Shown here: positions 27,447 to 36,981 of the stretch, one piece after another | How the letters are laid out: every line of letters starts with the position of its first letter | Numbering within the stretch: position 1 is the first letter of the stretch | Position numbers and translations under genes: made by a program | Origin: Acidimicrobiia bacterium | GTDB taxonomy: Bacteria > Actinomycetota > Acidimicrobiia > IMCC26256 > CAWATG01 | Length of the DNA stretch: 64,000 bases | Assembly (NCBI GenBank): GCA_046331155.1 | Contig: JAXLRK010000001.1 | Location: 346,301-410,300 of the forward strand | Reading direction: 5' to 3' | Notes under the pieces: generated by a model | What the model was told of the DNA's origin: nothing | The model's input: only the letters and a program-made list of their open reading frames with translations | Database searches by the model: none

Positions 27447-28394
27447 GTGCCCGTCCTCCGCCGAACCGGCAGCGCGGTGCTGCTCGTCTCCACGCTCGTC
27501 GTCGTCACGGCCTGCGCAGTGGCACCGAGCGGGACCCCCGGTCCGGGCACCACCCTCGGGTCGTGCCCGGTGTTCCCCGTCGACAACGCCTGGAACCGTG
27601 ACGTCTCCGCCGTTCCCGTCGACCCGGCATCCGATCGCTACGTTGCCGACATCCTCGCCCATGGTGGCAGTCACCTCCATGCCGACTTCGGCGGCGGTGG
27701 CGCGTACGGCATCCCGTTCACGACGGTCGGCTCCGGGTGGCCGAAGCTCCCCGTGCGATTCACGGCGTACGGCGACGAGAGCGACCCCGGTCCGTATCCG
27801 GTCCCGCTCGACGCTCCCGTCGAAGGGGGTCCGTCGAGCGACGGCGACCGTCACGTGATCACGGTCGACACCTCCGAGTGCAGGCTCTACGAGCTCTACC
27901 GCGCGTTCGCGCGTGGTGACCACTGGGACGCCGACTCGGGCGCCGTGTTCGACCTCCGTTCGAACGCGACCCGTCCGCTCGGTTGGACGTCGGCGGACGC
28001 GGCGGGGCTCCCGATCCTCGCCGGCCTCACCCGGTACGACGAGGTCGCGCGCGGCAGGATCGATCACGCCCTCCGGTTCACCGTCGCGCACACGCAACGC
28101 GCCTACGTCGAGCCGGCGACGCACTTCGCGTCGAACAGCACCGATGCGAGCGCGCCGCCGATGGGCCTGCGTCTGCGGCTGAAGGCCACGTTCGATCGCT
28201 CCGCGTTCCACGGTCAGGCGCGCGTGATCCTCGACGCGCTGGCCCGATACGGAATGATCGTGGCCGACAACGGATCGAACTGGTTCATCAGCGGCGACGT
28301 CGATCCGCGGTGGGACGACGGCGACCTGAACCAGCTGAAAGCCGTTCCCGGCTCCGCCTTCGAAGTGGTCGAGGCCGGCACGATCCATCACTGA
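27447..28394 (+). CDS. putative secreted lipoprotein (signal peptide plus lipobox VVTAC)
   Basis: MPVLRRTGSAVLLVSTLVVVTACAV... 315 aa; divergent from lgt. No catalytic family recognised. Confidence 0.6.
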   Translation: MPVLRRTGSAVLLVSTLVVVTACAVAPSGTPGPGTTLGSCPVFPVDNAWNRDVSAVPVDPASDRYVADILAHGGSHLHADFGGGGAYGIPFTTVGSGWPKLPVRFTAYGDESDPGPYPVPLDAPVEGGPSSDGDRHVITVDTSECRLYELYRAFARGDHWDADSGAVFDLRSNATRPLGWTSADAAGLPILAGLTRYDEVARGRIDHALRFTVAHTQRAYVEPATHFASNSTDASAPPMGLRLRLKATFDRSAFHGQARVILDALARYGMIVADNGSNWFISGDVDPRWDDGDLNQLKAVPGSAFEVVEAGTIHH

Positions 28395-28418
28395 AGCCCG
28401 CACCTGCCGGACGCGCTC

Positions 28419-29258
28419 CTATTTCACGAGTCGGGAGAGACGCCGGTCGGCCAGGACCTTCCCCCCGGTTTGGCAACGGGGGCAGTACGTGACCTCGTAG
28501 GACTCGTACGACACGCGCCGCAGCCCGTCGCCGCAGCGTGGGCACGGGGTCCCGAACCGCCCGTGGACGGTGAACCGCTCCCCGAGCTTCGGCTCCGACA
28601 AGCCTCCCGAGCGCTCCCGCTCCTCGGCCAACGCCTCCGAGAGCGTGGCGCGCAGCGCCTCGAGCAGGCTTTCCCGTTCCTCGACCGACAGGGAAGCGAG
28701 CGTGGCGTAGGGAGACAGCCGCGCCCGGTGGAGCGCGTCGTCGGCGTAGCCGCGACCCACTCCGGCGACGGTGCGCTGGTCGCGGAGCAGGCCGTGGACA
28801 CGGCGACGGTCCGTACCCGCGCGCGCGAAGGCGGCGAACTCCTCGCTGTCGGGCTCGGGTCCGAGTGCGGCGAGGGGTCCGTCGTCGCCCGGACCCAGGA
28901 CCCACCAGCCGGCCTTGCGCTCGGTGCCGTACTCGCGCACCAGCAGCGCGAGGTCGTCGCCGAACCGGAGCCGCACGACCGATCCCTTGGGCTTCGCCCG
29001 TTTCGGCGGCGATTCGACGTCGAGCCGGCCCGCTTGCGAGAGGTGCACCAGCAGGCGCTCGCCGCACTCGAACGTGACGACGAGGTACTTGCCCCGCCGC
29101 GAGACCTCGACGACGGCCTGGCCTACCAGGGCGTCCGGCCCCGGCACGGCTGTCTTCAGGCCCGAGAACCCGAGCACGTCCGCCCCGGCGAGCGTGCGGC
29201 CGACGAGGAGGGCCGCCAGGCGTTCGGCCAGGCCTTGCATCTCGGGCAGCTCGGGCAC
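28419..29258 (-). CDS. Fpg/Nei-family DNA glycosylase (endonuclease VIII-like)
   Basis: GTG start chosen so the mature N-terminus is PELPEMQ (catalytic Pro2). C-terminal zinc finger CPRCGDGL...CPRCQ. Confidence 0.85.
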   Translation of the reverse strand: MPELPEMQGLAERLAALLVGRTLAGADVLGFSGLKTAVPGPDALVGQAVVEVSRRGKYLVVTFECGERLLVHLSQAGRLDVESPPKRAKPKGSVVRLRFGDDLALLVREYGTERKAGWWVLGPGDDGPLAALGPEPDSEEFAAFARAGTDRRRVHGLLRDQRTVAGVGRGYADDALHRARLSPYATLASLSVEERESLLEALRATLSEALAEERERSGGLSEPKLGERFTVHGRFGTPCPRCGDGLRRVSYESYEVTYCPRCQTGGKVLADRRLSRLVK

Positions 29259-29352
29259 CCGCGTACCGTACCGTCGGCTCCGCCGCTGTGCACCAGCCCC
29301 TCGTGGGGGTACAATATCGGGCAAACCGAATGCTCGACCGCAGGAGCAGGCG

Positions 29353-29541
29353 ATGCTGGGGAAGAGACGCCGGACGAACCGGGAGCACGATCTCCCGACG
29401 GGAGCTTCCCTGGCGGACGTCCGTGGCCAGTCGTTGTCGGAGATCCTCGAGGAATACGTCCCCGCCGAACGGACGGACGTTCCGGCGACGCCTCCGCGGG
29501 GCCGGTCGCAGCGCTACATCCAAGACACCGACCGACGCTGA
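29353..29541 (+). CDS. hypothetical small protein (62 aa)
   Basis: ATG with an upstream caggagcagg SD-like sequence; basic N-terminus. Weak support. Confidence 0.3.
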   Translation: MLGKRRRTNREHDLPTGASLADVRGQSLSEILEEYVPAERTDVPATPPRGRSQRYIQDTDRR

Positions 29542-29641
29542 CCTCGCGCGCCCGGGGCGGCCGGCTGCCAGGCGTACGACGCGACGGGAGCCGGGTCTTC
29601 GGACCCGGCTCCCTGCTGTTCCGAGCGCGCGAGCGCGGCGG

Positions 29642-30247
29642 TCAGCGGCAGCTGCGGCCACCGGACCATGGCGCGTAGCCCCGCGCTTCCATCAGCTTGA
29701 TCGCCAGGTAGTCCTGGTCGAACGGGCGGGCGCTCGCGGGGAACACGCCGACGAGATCCGGCCGGTCGGCCGTCGCGGCGGTGCTGTTCCACGTCCCCTG
29801 GAGGAACTGGTACGCACCGGCGGCGCGCGAGCGGCGATTCACGGCCTGGTAGTTGCCGTGCGACTCGCGGTTGCGGATGCACGACAGGGACCGCCCGTAG
29901 CGGGCCCAGCCGTCGAGGACGTACACGCCCTGCAAGTAGTCGCGGAGCGCCTGTTGCCGCAGCGCCTCGAAGAACTGGAGCTGTTCGACCGTAAAGGCCT
30001 GCGACTGAGCTTCCACGCCGTTGGGCGCTGGCGTCGCCGTGGCAGGCACCGTCGCGTCCGCGAGTCGTGCGGTCCGGACGGCGACACGGGAAGTGGCGGC
30101 GGCCGGCCGCTTCGCATGGAGATCGTCGTACTTCGCGAGCAGCGCGAGTTGCTTGGAAGGTCCCGCGGCATCGGCCGTGGTCCTGGAGATCGCGACCGCG
30201 CCGAGGGCTATGGCAGCGATGACGAAGACGGTCACGCGTCGTCGCAT
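29642..30247 (-). CDS. transglycosylase-like domain protein (Rpf-like), secreted
   Basis: Start at MRRRVTVFVIAAIALGAV (signal peptide) with a GAGGAGG SD. C-terminal LSCIRNRESHGNYQAVN..GAYQFLQGTWNS matches the Rpf/transglycosylase-like domain pattern. Confidence 0.7.
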   Translation of the reverse strand: MRRRVTVFVIAAIALGAVAISRTTADAAGPSKQLALLAKYDDLHAKRPAAATSRVAVRTARLADATVPATATPAPNGVEAQSQAFTVEQLQFFEALRQQALRDYLQGVYVLDGWARYGRSLSCIRNRESHGNYQAVNRRSRAAGAYQFLQGTWNSTAATADRPDLVGVFPASARPFDQDYLAIKLMEARGYAPWSGGRSCR

Positions 30248-30737
30248 CGTTCCTCCTCTCGTCGTGCTCCCGGTCGCGCGCGACCAGGAGGTCAATGGAT
30301 TGGGAGCCGAGAAGATCCACCAAAAGGGACGTTCCCGACAGCGGTCACCGTAGCGAGGAGCGCGGCGCGAGGCGCAGCTGTCTACCAGATACTGTTAGCG
30401 ATTCGCGCTTGTTGACCGAAGCGCTCGCGTCAGCAAGCGCGGGGTTCCGGCTGGTCAGGTAGCGAGTTTGGCCGGCTGCGGGATTTTTCTGTGACTCCCG
30501 CCACACTGTCCGGTTTCAGCGCATCTGCGCGGCCGGTCGAGCTCACCGCGCGCGCAGGTGCGCGGGAGGCTCCCGGACCGGCGCGCTCATCGTCGCCTCA
30601 TGCGCGACTTCGTAGCGTCCGAGGCATCGGACCCCGGCCTCCCCGGACACCGCCGGAGTTCGAGCAGCGGTGGCCTCCGGCGAACGGGGGCCACCGCTGC
30701 CCTACGAGCGGTCGCCCCCGTACCAGGTGCGCGATCC

Positions 30738-30971
30738 TCAGTCGTCCTTCAGCGCGACCGCGTTCGGCGTCACGTTCATCTTCGGCTCGTACGCCTCGAC
30801 CTCGACGACGCGTTCCTCGCGAAGGAACTTCTCGCGCAGCTCGCCCGTGCACTGCGCGCACGGCCCGTAGAAGCGCACGCTCGCGGTCGCGCCGCAACGC
30901 GGGCACTCGATGGTGATCGGTTCGAGGTCCACCGTGGGCACGCCGGTCACGTTACCGGCGTACCGCCTCAC
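30738..30971 (-). CDS. small zinc-ribbon protein (77 aa)
   Basis: CPRCG...CAQCTG double CxxC. Its start overlaps the flotillin stop by 4 nt. Confidence 0.5.
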   Translation of the reverse strand: MRRYAGNVTGVPTVDLEPITIECPRCGATASVRFYGPCAQCTGELREKFLREERVVEVEAYEPKMNVTPNAVALKDD

Positions 30972-33034
30972 CCACTCGACTTCGGCTCCGGCATCACGTC
31001 GGCCGGCGACGGAGCGTCCGAGCGCGGCGGCGCCGCCGGGGCCAACACCGCCGGCCGGGGTCCGGTCGACGGCGCGGCGTCCGGAGTGGGCGCCTTGCCG
31101 TTGCCACCGGGGTTCAGGTATCGCATCAACGTTGCCGCGAGGCCGTCGAAGGAACCCCCGCCACCGGTCACGAGCACTTCGGGCACCACGGTGATGTGAC
31201 CGTCCGAGACCGCGTTCGCCACCGCCACGAGTGCCGTCGCCCCCTGCCCGAGCGCGGCGGTCTGGGCCTTGAACCCCTCGGCCCGGGCCAGCCCGAGCGC
31301 CTCGACCGCCTTGGCTTCGGCCACGCCGACGGCCTGCGTCTTGGTGGCCTCGGCCCGACCGGTGAGCTCGACGTACGCCGCCTCGCCCTCGCCCTCGGCC
31401 TGGCGCGCCTGCGCCTGGTTGCGCTTGATCTCGACGCTCACCTGCGCGGCCGCGAGCTGGGCCTGCATCTCCGCGGTGCCCTTCGCCTTCTCCATCTGGA
31501 TCCGTACGGTCTGGGCCCGCTCCTGCTCGGCGAACGTCGCCTTCTCCTGGTTCGCGATCTCCCGCTGCGTGAGGACCTGGACCATCTCCGGGGGGAAGTT
31601 CACGTTCTGGATGTAGACGCCCTTCGTCTCGACCTCGTAGAGCCCGAGGTACTGGGTGACCGCGGTGAGCGCGGCCTGCTGCACCTGCATGCGGGTCTCG
31701 ATGAACCGCACCGCCTCCTGGTCCTGGAGCGTGTTGCGGAAGTGGTTGCCGACGGCGGACTGCAGGACCTCGTTCACGAGGTTGAGCATCGTCCCGACCA
31801 TCGAGATGACCTTCGGCGCTCTCGTGTCGGGTACGTGGATCTGCACCTGGAGCTCGATGGTGAACACGAAGCCCTCACGGCTCTTGCCCTCGATGGGGCG
31901 CAGGTTCGCGTCGAGCTTGTGGGGCGACGTCTGCTCCGACCAGTTCAAGGTGAGGATCGACGTCGGGACGACCTCCGCCGCGTAGCAGCGAGGGTTGATC
32001 GGGTACTTGCCGGTGCGCAAGGGCTCCTGCCAGATGCCGCGATGGCCGGGCCGGACGATCGAACCGAACTTGAACTCCGCCCCCGACGTGTCCAGGGTGG
32101 GGAGCCCCACGAAGGCCTTGACGACCGCGACCTCGCCCTGGTTCACGACGAGCATCGGCACCAACTCGACCTGCACCAGGAACGGGTTCAACAGGTACGC
32201 CCCGTAGAGCAGCGGGTCGTGCTGCAGGCCGATCTTGCCCCCGCTGTCGAGGAAGGCCTGGAAGTCCTGGTAGTTGTTGTGCTGCGTGTTCTTGTTGCCG
32301 AGCAGCACTTCGATGACCTCGGAGTCCGACGCGCCCGAGGCCTCCATCTGCGTGACGTCCGCGTAACCTCCGAGCCGGCTGGCGATGTCGCCCGAGAGCA
32401 GCGGCTCGCCCTCGAGCGCGGTGACGATGCCGATCATGTCCTGGGGGCCGACGGGCGAGATGACCACCACCCGGAGCTGTTCGGGCGAGAGGCCGAACGA
32501 CTCAGGGGTGAGCACACCGCCCGTGTTCTTCGCCTCGGCCTGCATGTCCGGAGAGACGGGCACGCCGTAGACCGCCTGCGAGGTGAGCACGAGGAACGCG
32601 ACCGGGTGGATCGGGATCAGCGTCCCCGGCGGGAGCACCGGCCGCTGCACGCCCTTCTGCCCCTGACCGTCGATGAACGTGCGCAGGTCCGCGAAGTTGC
32701 CGAACCCCTGCTTGTACGCCGCGCTCTTCGCACCGATGGGCAGCGGCGCGCCGACCTGGGCGATCACCACGCCGATCTGACCGGCCGGGACCTGCACCCA
32801 CGGGTGCTTCTGGACCCCGAAGATCGGCCAGAGCTTGAACCGCAGCCCCGGCATGAGGAGCTCGGCCTGGTAACCGGCCTCACCGCGGAACGCGATCGGG
32901 TTGTCGCTCGGGAGCTTCCGGAGCGAGAACCGCTTGGTCACCAACCCGACTTCGGTGGGGCCGATCTGGTGAATGGACAGGTACCCCACGACTACGAGGA
33001 TCCCGGCCACCACGATCCCCAGCACTGCACCCAT
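30968..33034 (-). CDS. flotillin-family protein (SPFH/band-7 domain, FloT/YqiK-like)
   Basis: 688 aa; N-terminal TM, SPFH domain, long Ala/Gln/Glu-rich coiled-coil flotillin region (AEQERAQTVRIQMEKAKG...). Confidence 0.85.
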   Translation of the reverse strand: MGAVLGIVVAGILVVVGYLSIHQIGPTEVGLVTKRFSLRKLPSDNPIAFRGEAGYQAELLMPGLRFKLWPIFGVQKHPWVQVPAGQIGVVIAQVGAPLPIGAKSAAYKQGFGNFADLRTFIDGQGQKGVQRPVLPPGTLIPIHPVAFLVLTSQAVYGVPVSPDMQAEAKNTGGVLTPESFGLSPEQLRVVVISPVGPQDMIGIVTALEGEPLLSGDIASRLGGYADVTQMEASGASDSEVIEVLLGNKNTQHNNYQDFQAFLDSGGKIGLQHDPLLYGAYLLNPFLVQVELVPMLVVNQGEVAVVKAFVGLPTLDTSGAEFKFGSIVRPGHRGIWQEPLRTGKYPINPRCYAAEVVPTSILTLNWSEQTSPHKLDANLRPIEGKSREGFVFTIELQVQIHVPDTRAPKVISMVGTMLNLVNEVLQSAVGNHFRNTLQDQEAVRFIETRMQVQQAALTAVTQYLGLYEVETKGVYIQNVNFPPEMVQVLTQREIANQEKATFAEQERAQTVRIQMEKAKGTAEMQAQLAAAQVSVEIKRNQAQARQAEGEGEAAYVELTGRAEATKTQAVGVAEAKAVEALGLARAEGFKAQTAALGQGATALVAVANAVSDGHITVVPEVLVTGGGGSFDGLAATLMRYLNPGGNGKAPTPDAAPSTGPRPAVLAPAAPPRSDAPSPADVMPEPKSSG

Positions 33035-33245
33035 CTCGCCTCCCGGTCGTTGTCACTGCGACGTCTCTATCGACTCGCTTCTCTGCGGCCTTGCGCAGGT
33101 TCCTTCGCGCTTGCTCGCCATAAAACGGACTATACGGACTGTCCAGCGGGGTCGCGATCGAATTTCGCGCCGTCGCCCGTGGGCCACCGGCATTCGTCAC
33201 GCCGATACCTGTAGCCCTACGCTGGAGGATCGAAACGCCTGGGAG

Positions 33246-34403
33246 GTGGGATTGCTCAACGTCTCGTCGCTGCTCGGTGTGCGCAGGTCGGGTTCGGACG
33301 CGCTCCGGTACGGGGCGCAGCGAGACGGCGAGCGCACGCCCGACAGCGCCCTGGCCCGCCGACCCGTGGTCGTCTGGAACTCGACCCGTGCCTGCAACCT
33401 CACCTGCACCCACTGCTACGCCTCCGCCAAGTCCGGCCCGGCCCCCGACGAGCTCAGCCGCGACGAGGCGTTCGCGTTCCTCGACGACCTCGCCACCTAC
33501 GGCGTACCCGCGGTGCTGCTCTCGGGTGGCGAGCCGTTGACGCGACCCGACCTGCTCGAGCTCATCGGGCACGGCATCGATCGCGGCCTGCGGTTCACCC
33601 TCTCCACGAACGGCACGCTCATCGACAAGCCGACCGCGGTCGCGATTGCCGGCGCCGGCGTCACCTACGTGGGTGTCAGCATCGATGGTTCCGAGGCCAC
33701 CCACGACCGCGTCCGGTGCCGCGCCGGAGCGTGGGAGCAATCGGTGCGAGGCCTGCGCAACCTCGCGTCTGCGGGCGCGAAGCGCGGCGTGCGTTACACC
33801 CTCACACCCGACAGCCGGCCGGATCTCCACGACGTGCTCGGGCTCGTCGAGCGCGAGCACGTCGAACGCTTCTGCATGTACCACCTGGCACCGTCGGGCC
33901 GCGGGAAGTACCTCCACGACGTCACACCCGACGAACGACGCACCGCACTGCGCGACGTCTTCGAGTTCGCGCTGACGCACCCTGAGGTCGAAGTGCTCAC
34001 GGTGGACAACCCCTCCGACGGCGTCGCCCTCCTGCAATGGCTCGCCGACCACGACCCGGACCGGGCCGAGGCGTGCCGCGCCGCGCTGGTGTGGAACCGC
34101 GGCGCGCGGGGCGGACCGGGTATCGGGTTGGCCGCGGTCGACGAGCGTGGCGACGTGCACCCCGACCAGTTCTCCCGCCATCGCACCGTCGGAAACGTCC
34201 GGCACCGCCCGTTCTCGGAGATCTGGTCGCACCCCGAGGACCCGTACCTCCAGGCCCTGCGGGCCGGCAGTTGGTCGCTGTCGGGAGAGTGCCAGGCCTG
34301 CGAGGGACGCGAACTGTGCAACGGCGGCCTGCGGTCGCGAGCCGAACAGTCGACGGGCGACATTTGGGGCTTCGACCCCTCGTGCAGCCTCCGCGCCTCA
34401 TGA
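33246..34403 (+). CDS. radical SAM/SPASM-domain protein, NirJ/AhbC/AhbD-like
   Basis: CNLTCTHCY (CxxxCxxC) preceded by VVVWNSTRA, then a C-terminal SPASM Cys cluster (CQACEGRELCNGG...FDPSCSL). The start is GTG/TTG near a gggagg SD. Confidence 0.8.
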   Translation: MGLLNVSSLLGVRRSGSDALRYGAQRDGERTPDSALARRPVVVWNSTRACNLTCTHCYASAKSGPAPDELSRDEAFAFLDDLATYGVPAVLLSGGEPLTRPDLLELIGHGIDRGLRFTLSTNGTLIDKPTAVAIAGAGVTYVGVSIDGSEATHDRVRCRAGAWEQSVRGLRNLASAGAKRGVRYTLTPDSRPDLHDVLGLVEREHVERFCMYHLAPSGRGKYLHDVTPDERRTALRDVFEFALTHPEVEVLTVDNPSDGVALLQWLADHDPDRAEACRAALVWNRGARGGPGIGLAAVDERGDVHPDQFSRHRTVGNVRHRPFSEIWSHPEDPYLQALRAGSWSLSGECQACEGRELCNGGLRSRAEQSTGDIWGFDPSCSLRAS

Positions 34404-35443
34404 CCCGCACGCGCGCCACGCTGGCCCGGCCGCAGATCTCGGGCGACTTCTCGCGCGCACCCTTCACCATCGCATGGGAGATCACGCGCGCGTGCCCGTT
34501 GCGCTGCGTGCACTGCCGCGCCGACGCGCAGACCAAGCGCCGCCCCGACGAGCTGACGACCGGAGAGGGCCTCGATCTCGTCGCCCAGGCCGCGGAGATG
34601 GGCACCCAGGTGTTCGTCATCACCGGCGGCGACCCGCTGGCGCGGCCCGACGCGTTCGAGTTCATCGGAGCCGCGGCGAGCCGCGGCATGCACGTCGGCT
34701 TCTCGCCCAGCGTCACGCCCCGCCTTACTCCCGCCGCGATGGCCCGCGCCGTGGATGCGGGCGCGGGCACGATCCATCTCAGCCTCGACGGGGCGCGCCC
34801 TGAGACCCACGACGGGTTCCGCGGTGTCACCGGTTCGTTCGAACGCACGTTGCGCGCGCTCGACGCCGCATCCGAGCTCGAGGTCCGCGTGCAGGTCGGC
34901 ACCACGGTGTCGCGCCGCACCGTCGCCGACCTCCCCGAGGTCGTGACCCTGCTCGCCGGCAGAGTGGAGCTCTGGAGCCTGTTCTTCCTCGTGCCGACCG
35001 GCCGGGCCGAGGCGCAGGACCTGCTGTCGCCGGATGCGCACGAGCGCGTCCTGCGCTGGCTGGCCACCGCCGACATCCCGTTCCCGGCCCGGACCATTGC
35101 CGCGCCCACCTACCGGCGCGTGCGCGCCCAGCTCGGGCTCCCCCCCGGCCCGGGTGTGAACGACGGCAACGGCTTCTGCTTCGTTTCTCACACCGGCGAC
35201 GTGTGCCCTTCGGGGTTCCTCCAGCTCCCGGCGGGCAACCTCCGTGATGCACCGCTCGCCCACTGGTACCGGGAGTCGCCGTTGTTCCGATCACTGCGCG
35301 ACCCGGCGCTCCTGGGCGGGAAGTGCGGCCGCTGCGACTTCCGTCAGATCTGCGGAGGGAGCCGAGCCCGCGCCTGGGGCCTCACCGGCGACCCGCTGGC
35401 GGAGGACCCGACGTGCGCCTACCAGCCCGGAAGCACGCCGTGA
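34400..35443 (+). CDS. radical SAM/SPASM-domain protein, NirJ/AhbC/AhbD-like (second of the tandem pair)
   Basis: ATGA overlap with the upstream gene. FTIAWEITRACPLRCVHCRADA, then SPASM CGRCDFRQICGGSRARAW...DPTCAY. Confidence 0.8.
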   Translation: MTRTRATLARPQISGDFSRAPFTIAWEITRACPLRCVHCRADAQTKRRPDELTTGEGLDLVAQAAEMGTQVFVITGGDPLARPDAFEFIGAAASRGMHVGFSPSVTPRLTPAAMARAVDAGAGTIHLSLDGARPETHDGFRGVTGSFERTLRALDAASELEVRVQVGTTVSRRTVADLPEVVTLLAGRVELWSLFFLVPTGRAEAQDLLSPDAHERVLRWLATADIPFPARTIAAPTYRRVRAQLGLPPGPGVNDGNGFCFVSHTGDVCPSGFLQLPAGNLRDAPLAHWYRESPLFRSLRDPALLGGKCGRCDFRQICGGSRARAWGLTGDPLAEDPTCAYQPGSTP

Positions 35444-36015
35444 CGGGCGCCACCGACGCGACGACCGGATCCGCGAGCGGCGCGAGCGGAGGGACTTGGT
35501 CCGAGCTGTCGCTCGGCGCGCTCGCGACCCACATCGACGCCGTGCACCACGCCTACCTGCGCCGCGAGCTCCCCAGGATCGTCGGGCTCGCCCATCGCGC
35601 CGAGACCACGTGCATCGAGCGCCACCGCGAGGCGCCCCGCCTGGCCGAGCTCGTCGACACCCTCGCCGCGGATCTCGTGTTGCACACCATGAAGGAGGAG
35701 CGGGTGCTCTTCCCGCTATGCCGGTACCTGGACCTCGTCGACGAGCTCGACGCGGAGTACCAGGGCTCGATCATGGGTCCCATCGGATGCATGACGTGTG
35801 AGCACGAAGCGGCGTCGCGCGATCTCGAGGAGCTCGACACGCTCGTCTCCGCGTCCACCGACGACTCGGACCCCGACTGGACGGAGCTCCTCGACGCCCT
35901 ACGCGATCTGGTCGCAGACGTCCGCCTCCACATGCTCAAGGAGGACACCGGGTTGTTCCCCCGGGCACTCGCGCGCGAAGGCGAGCTGCAGGCCGGCTCC
36001 GGCGGTCACCCCTAG
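35440..36015 (+). CDS. hemerythrin-like di-iron domain protein (RIC/ScdA-like pattern)
   Basis: GTGA-coupled to the second rSAM gene. HIDAVHHAYLRRELPRI...HTMKEERVLFP and a second His-rich half. Confidence 0.65.
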   Translation: MTGATDATTGSASGASGGTWSELSLGALATHIDAVHHAYLRRELPRIVGLAHRAETTCIERHREAPRLAELVDTLAADLVLHTMKEERVLFPLCRYLDLVDELDAEYQGSIMGPIGCMTCEHEAASRDLEELDTLVSASTDDSDPDWTELLDALRDLVADVRLHMLKEDTGLFPRALAREGELQAGSGGHP

Positions 36016-36031
36016 AGCAAGATCGGCCCGG

Positions 36032-36499
36032 TCAGCGTGCGGCACGCGCAGCGTAGAGCTCTTCGGGCGTGCGCTTCGGTGGCCTCTGGCCGACGTGACC
36101 CTTCTCGTAGCCCACGATCTTGGGGCATCGCACGGGGCTGGCATCGTCGCATCGAACGCACGACCACGGCATCGACGTGTCGGCCCGCCACAGCGTGTGC
36201 CCACACGCGGGGCACAGGTCGATCATCAGCGAGCAGTCCCAGCCCGCAAACGGTGCGTCGCGGTCGGAGCGCAGCGGGCACCCGCGCTCGCGGCAGATCA
36301 CCGAGTCAGGGTCGGTGAGGATGCAGTCGAGCGGGCACATCGGGGCACAGTCACCGCAGTCGCCGCACCGGTTGCTGGAGATCCAGAACACCGCCGGGTG
36401 CGGTGCATCCGGCTCCGGCCGATGGATCGCCTCGCTCGGGCACACGTACTCGCACGCCCCGCAGTTGATGCAGACCTCCGGCAGGATCAGCAGGCTCAC
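36032..36499 (-). CDS. 4Fe-4S ferredoxin-domain protein with an extra Cys-rich C-terminal extension
   Basis: CINCGACEYVCP and CGDCGDCAPMCP clusters plus CPACGH / CVRCDD...CPK motifs; 155 aa. Confidence 0.75.
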   Translation of the reverse strand: MSLLILPEVCINCGACEYVCPSEAIHRPEPDAPHPAVFWISSNRCGDCGDCAPMCPLDCILTDPDSVICRERGCPLRSDRDAPFAGWDCSLMIDLCPACGHTLWRADTSMPWSCVRCDDASPVRCPKIVGYEKGHVGQRPPKRTPEELYAARAAR

Positions 36500-36981
36500 G
36501 TCGCCCCTGCGAAGACGGTTGGCACCTTGGCCGCCTCCTCGATGTAGGCCTGGAGCGTGGCGTTGAACCGGTAGAACGCGTCGACGCCGAGCTGCTCGTC
36601 ACCCTCGAGGTGAAAGCGGTCGCCGGCCAACACCAGGCTGTTCAGCGTGTGGTACGCGTCCGCGTTGCCGCGCTCCCGGATGTGTTCCACGAGCTCTCGC
36701 CAATCCTCGGCCGACGCCGCGATCACACAGTCGACCGGAGCGGTGCCGTCCCAGCTCGACACGTCCGCGCAACCGAAGTCCACGAACACGAGGCGGAATC
36801 CCTCCGCACCGACGCGAAGCGCCAACGTGATCTCGGTGACGCCGAGGCGCCGGTACCGAGCTTCGTCGGCCGCCGCCTCGTCGGCCAGGGCCCGGAACCA
36901 CGCCACCGACGGGAACGTGATCGCCTCAGCGTCGGTCGGCTGTTTCGATTGCTCCGCTCGCTCGGTCGCGTTCGCAGTCAT
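36496..36981 (-). CDS. SCP2-like (sterol-carrier-protein-2 fold) domain protein
   Basis: FRLVFVDFG...WDG...DCVIAASAEDW... pattern; 161 aa. ATGA-coupled on both sides. Confidence 0.5.
   Translation of the reverse strand: MTANATERAEQSKQPTDAEAITFPSVAWFRALADEAAADEARYRRLGVTEITLALRVGAEGFRLVFVDFGCADVSSWDGTAPVDCVIAASAEDWRELVEHIRERGNADAYHTLNSLVLAGDRFHLEGDEQLGVDAFYRFNATLQAYIEEAAKVPTVFAGAT

Noticed and set aside
30248-30737. Calling a ydaO c-di-AMP riboswitch as a feature
   Set aside because: I could not match the full consensus by eye, so it is kept only as a hypothesis in the findings.
33035-33245. Looked for a small precursor-peptide ORF upstream of the radical SAM pair (RiPP hypothesis)
   Set aside because: No ORF with a credible start and SD in the 210-bp spacer. 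The in-frame N-terminal extension of the rSAM ORF lacks a start codon context and looks non-coding.
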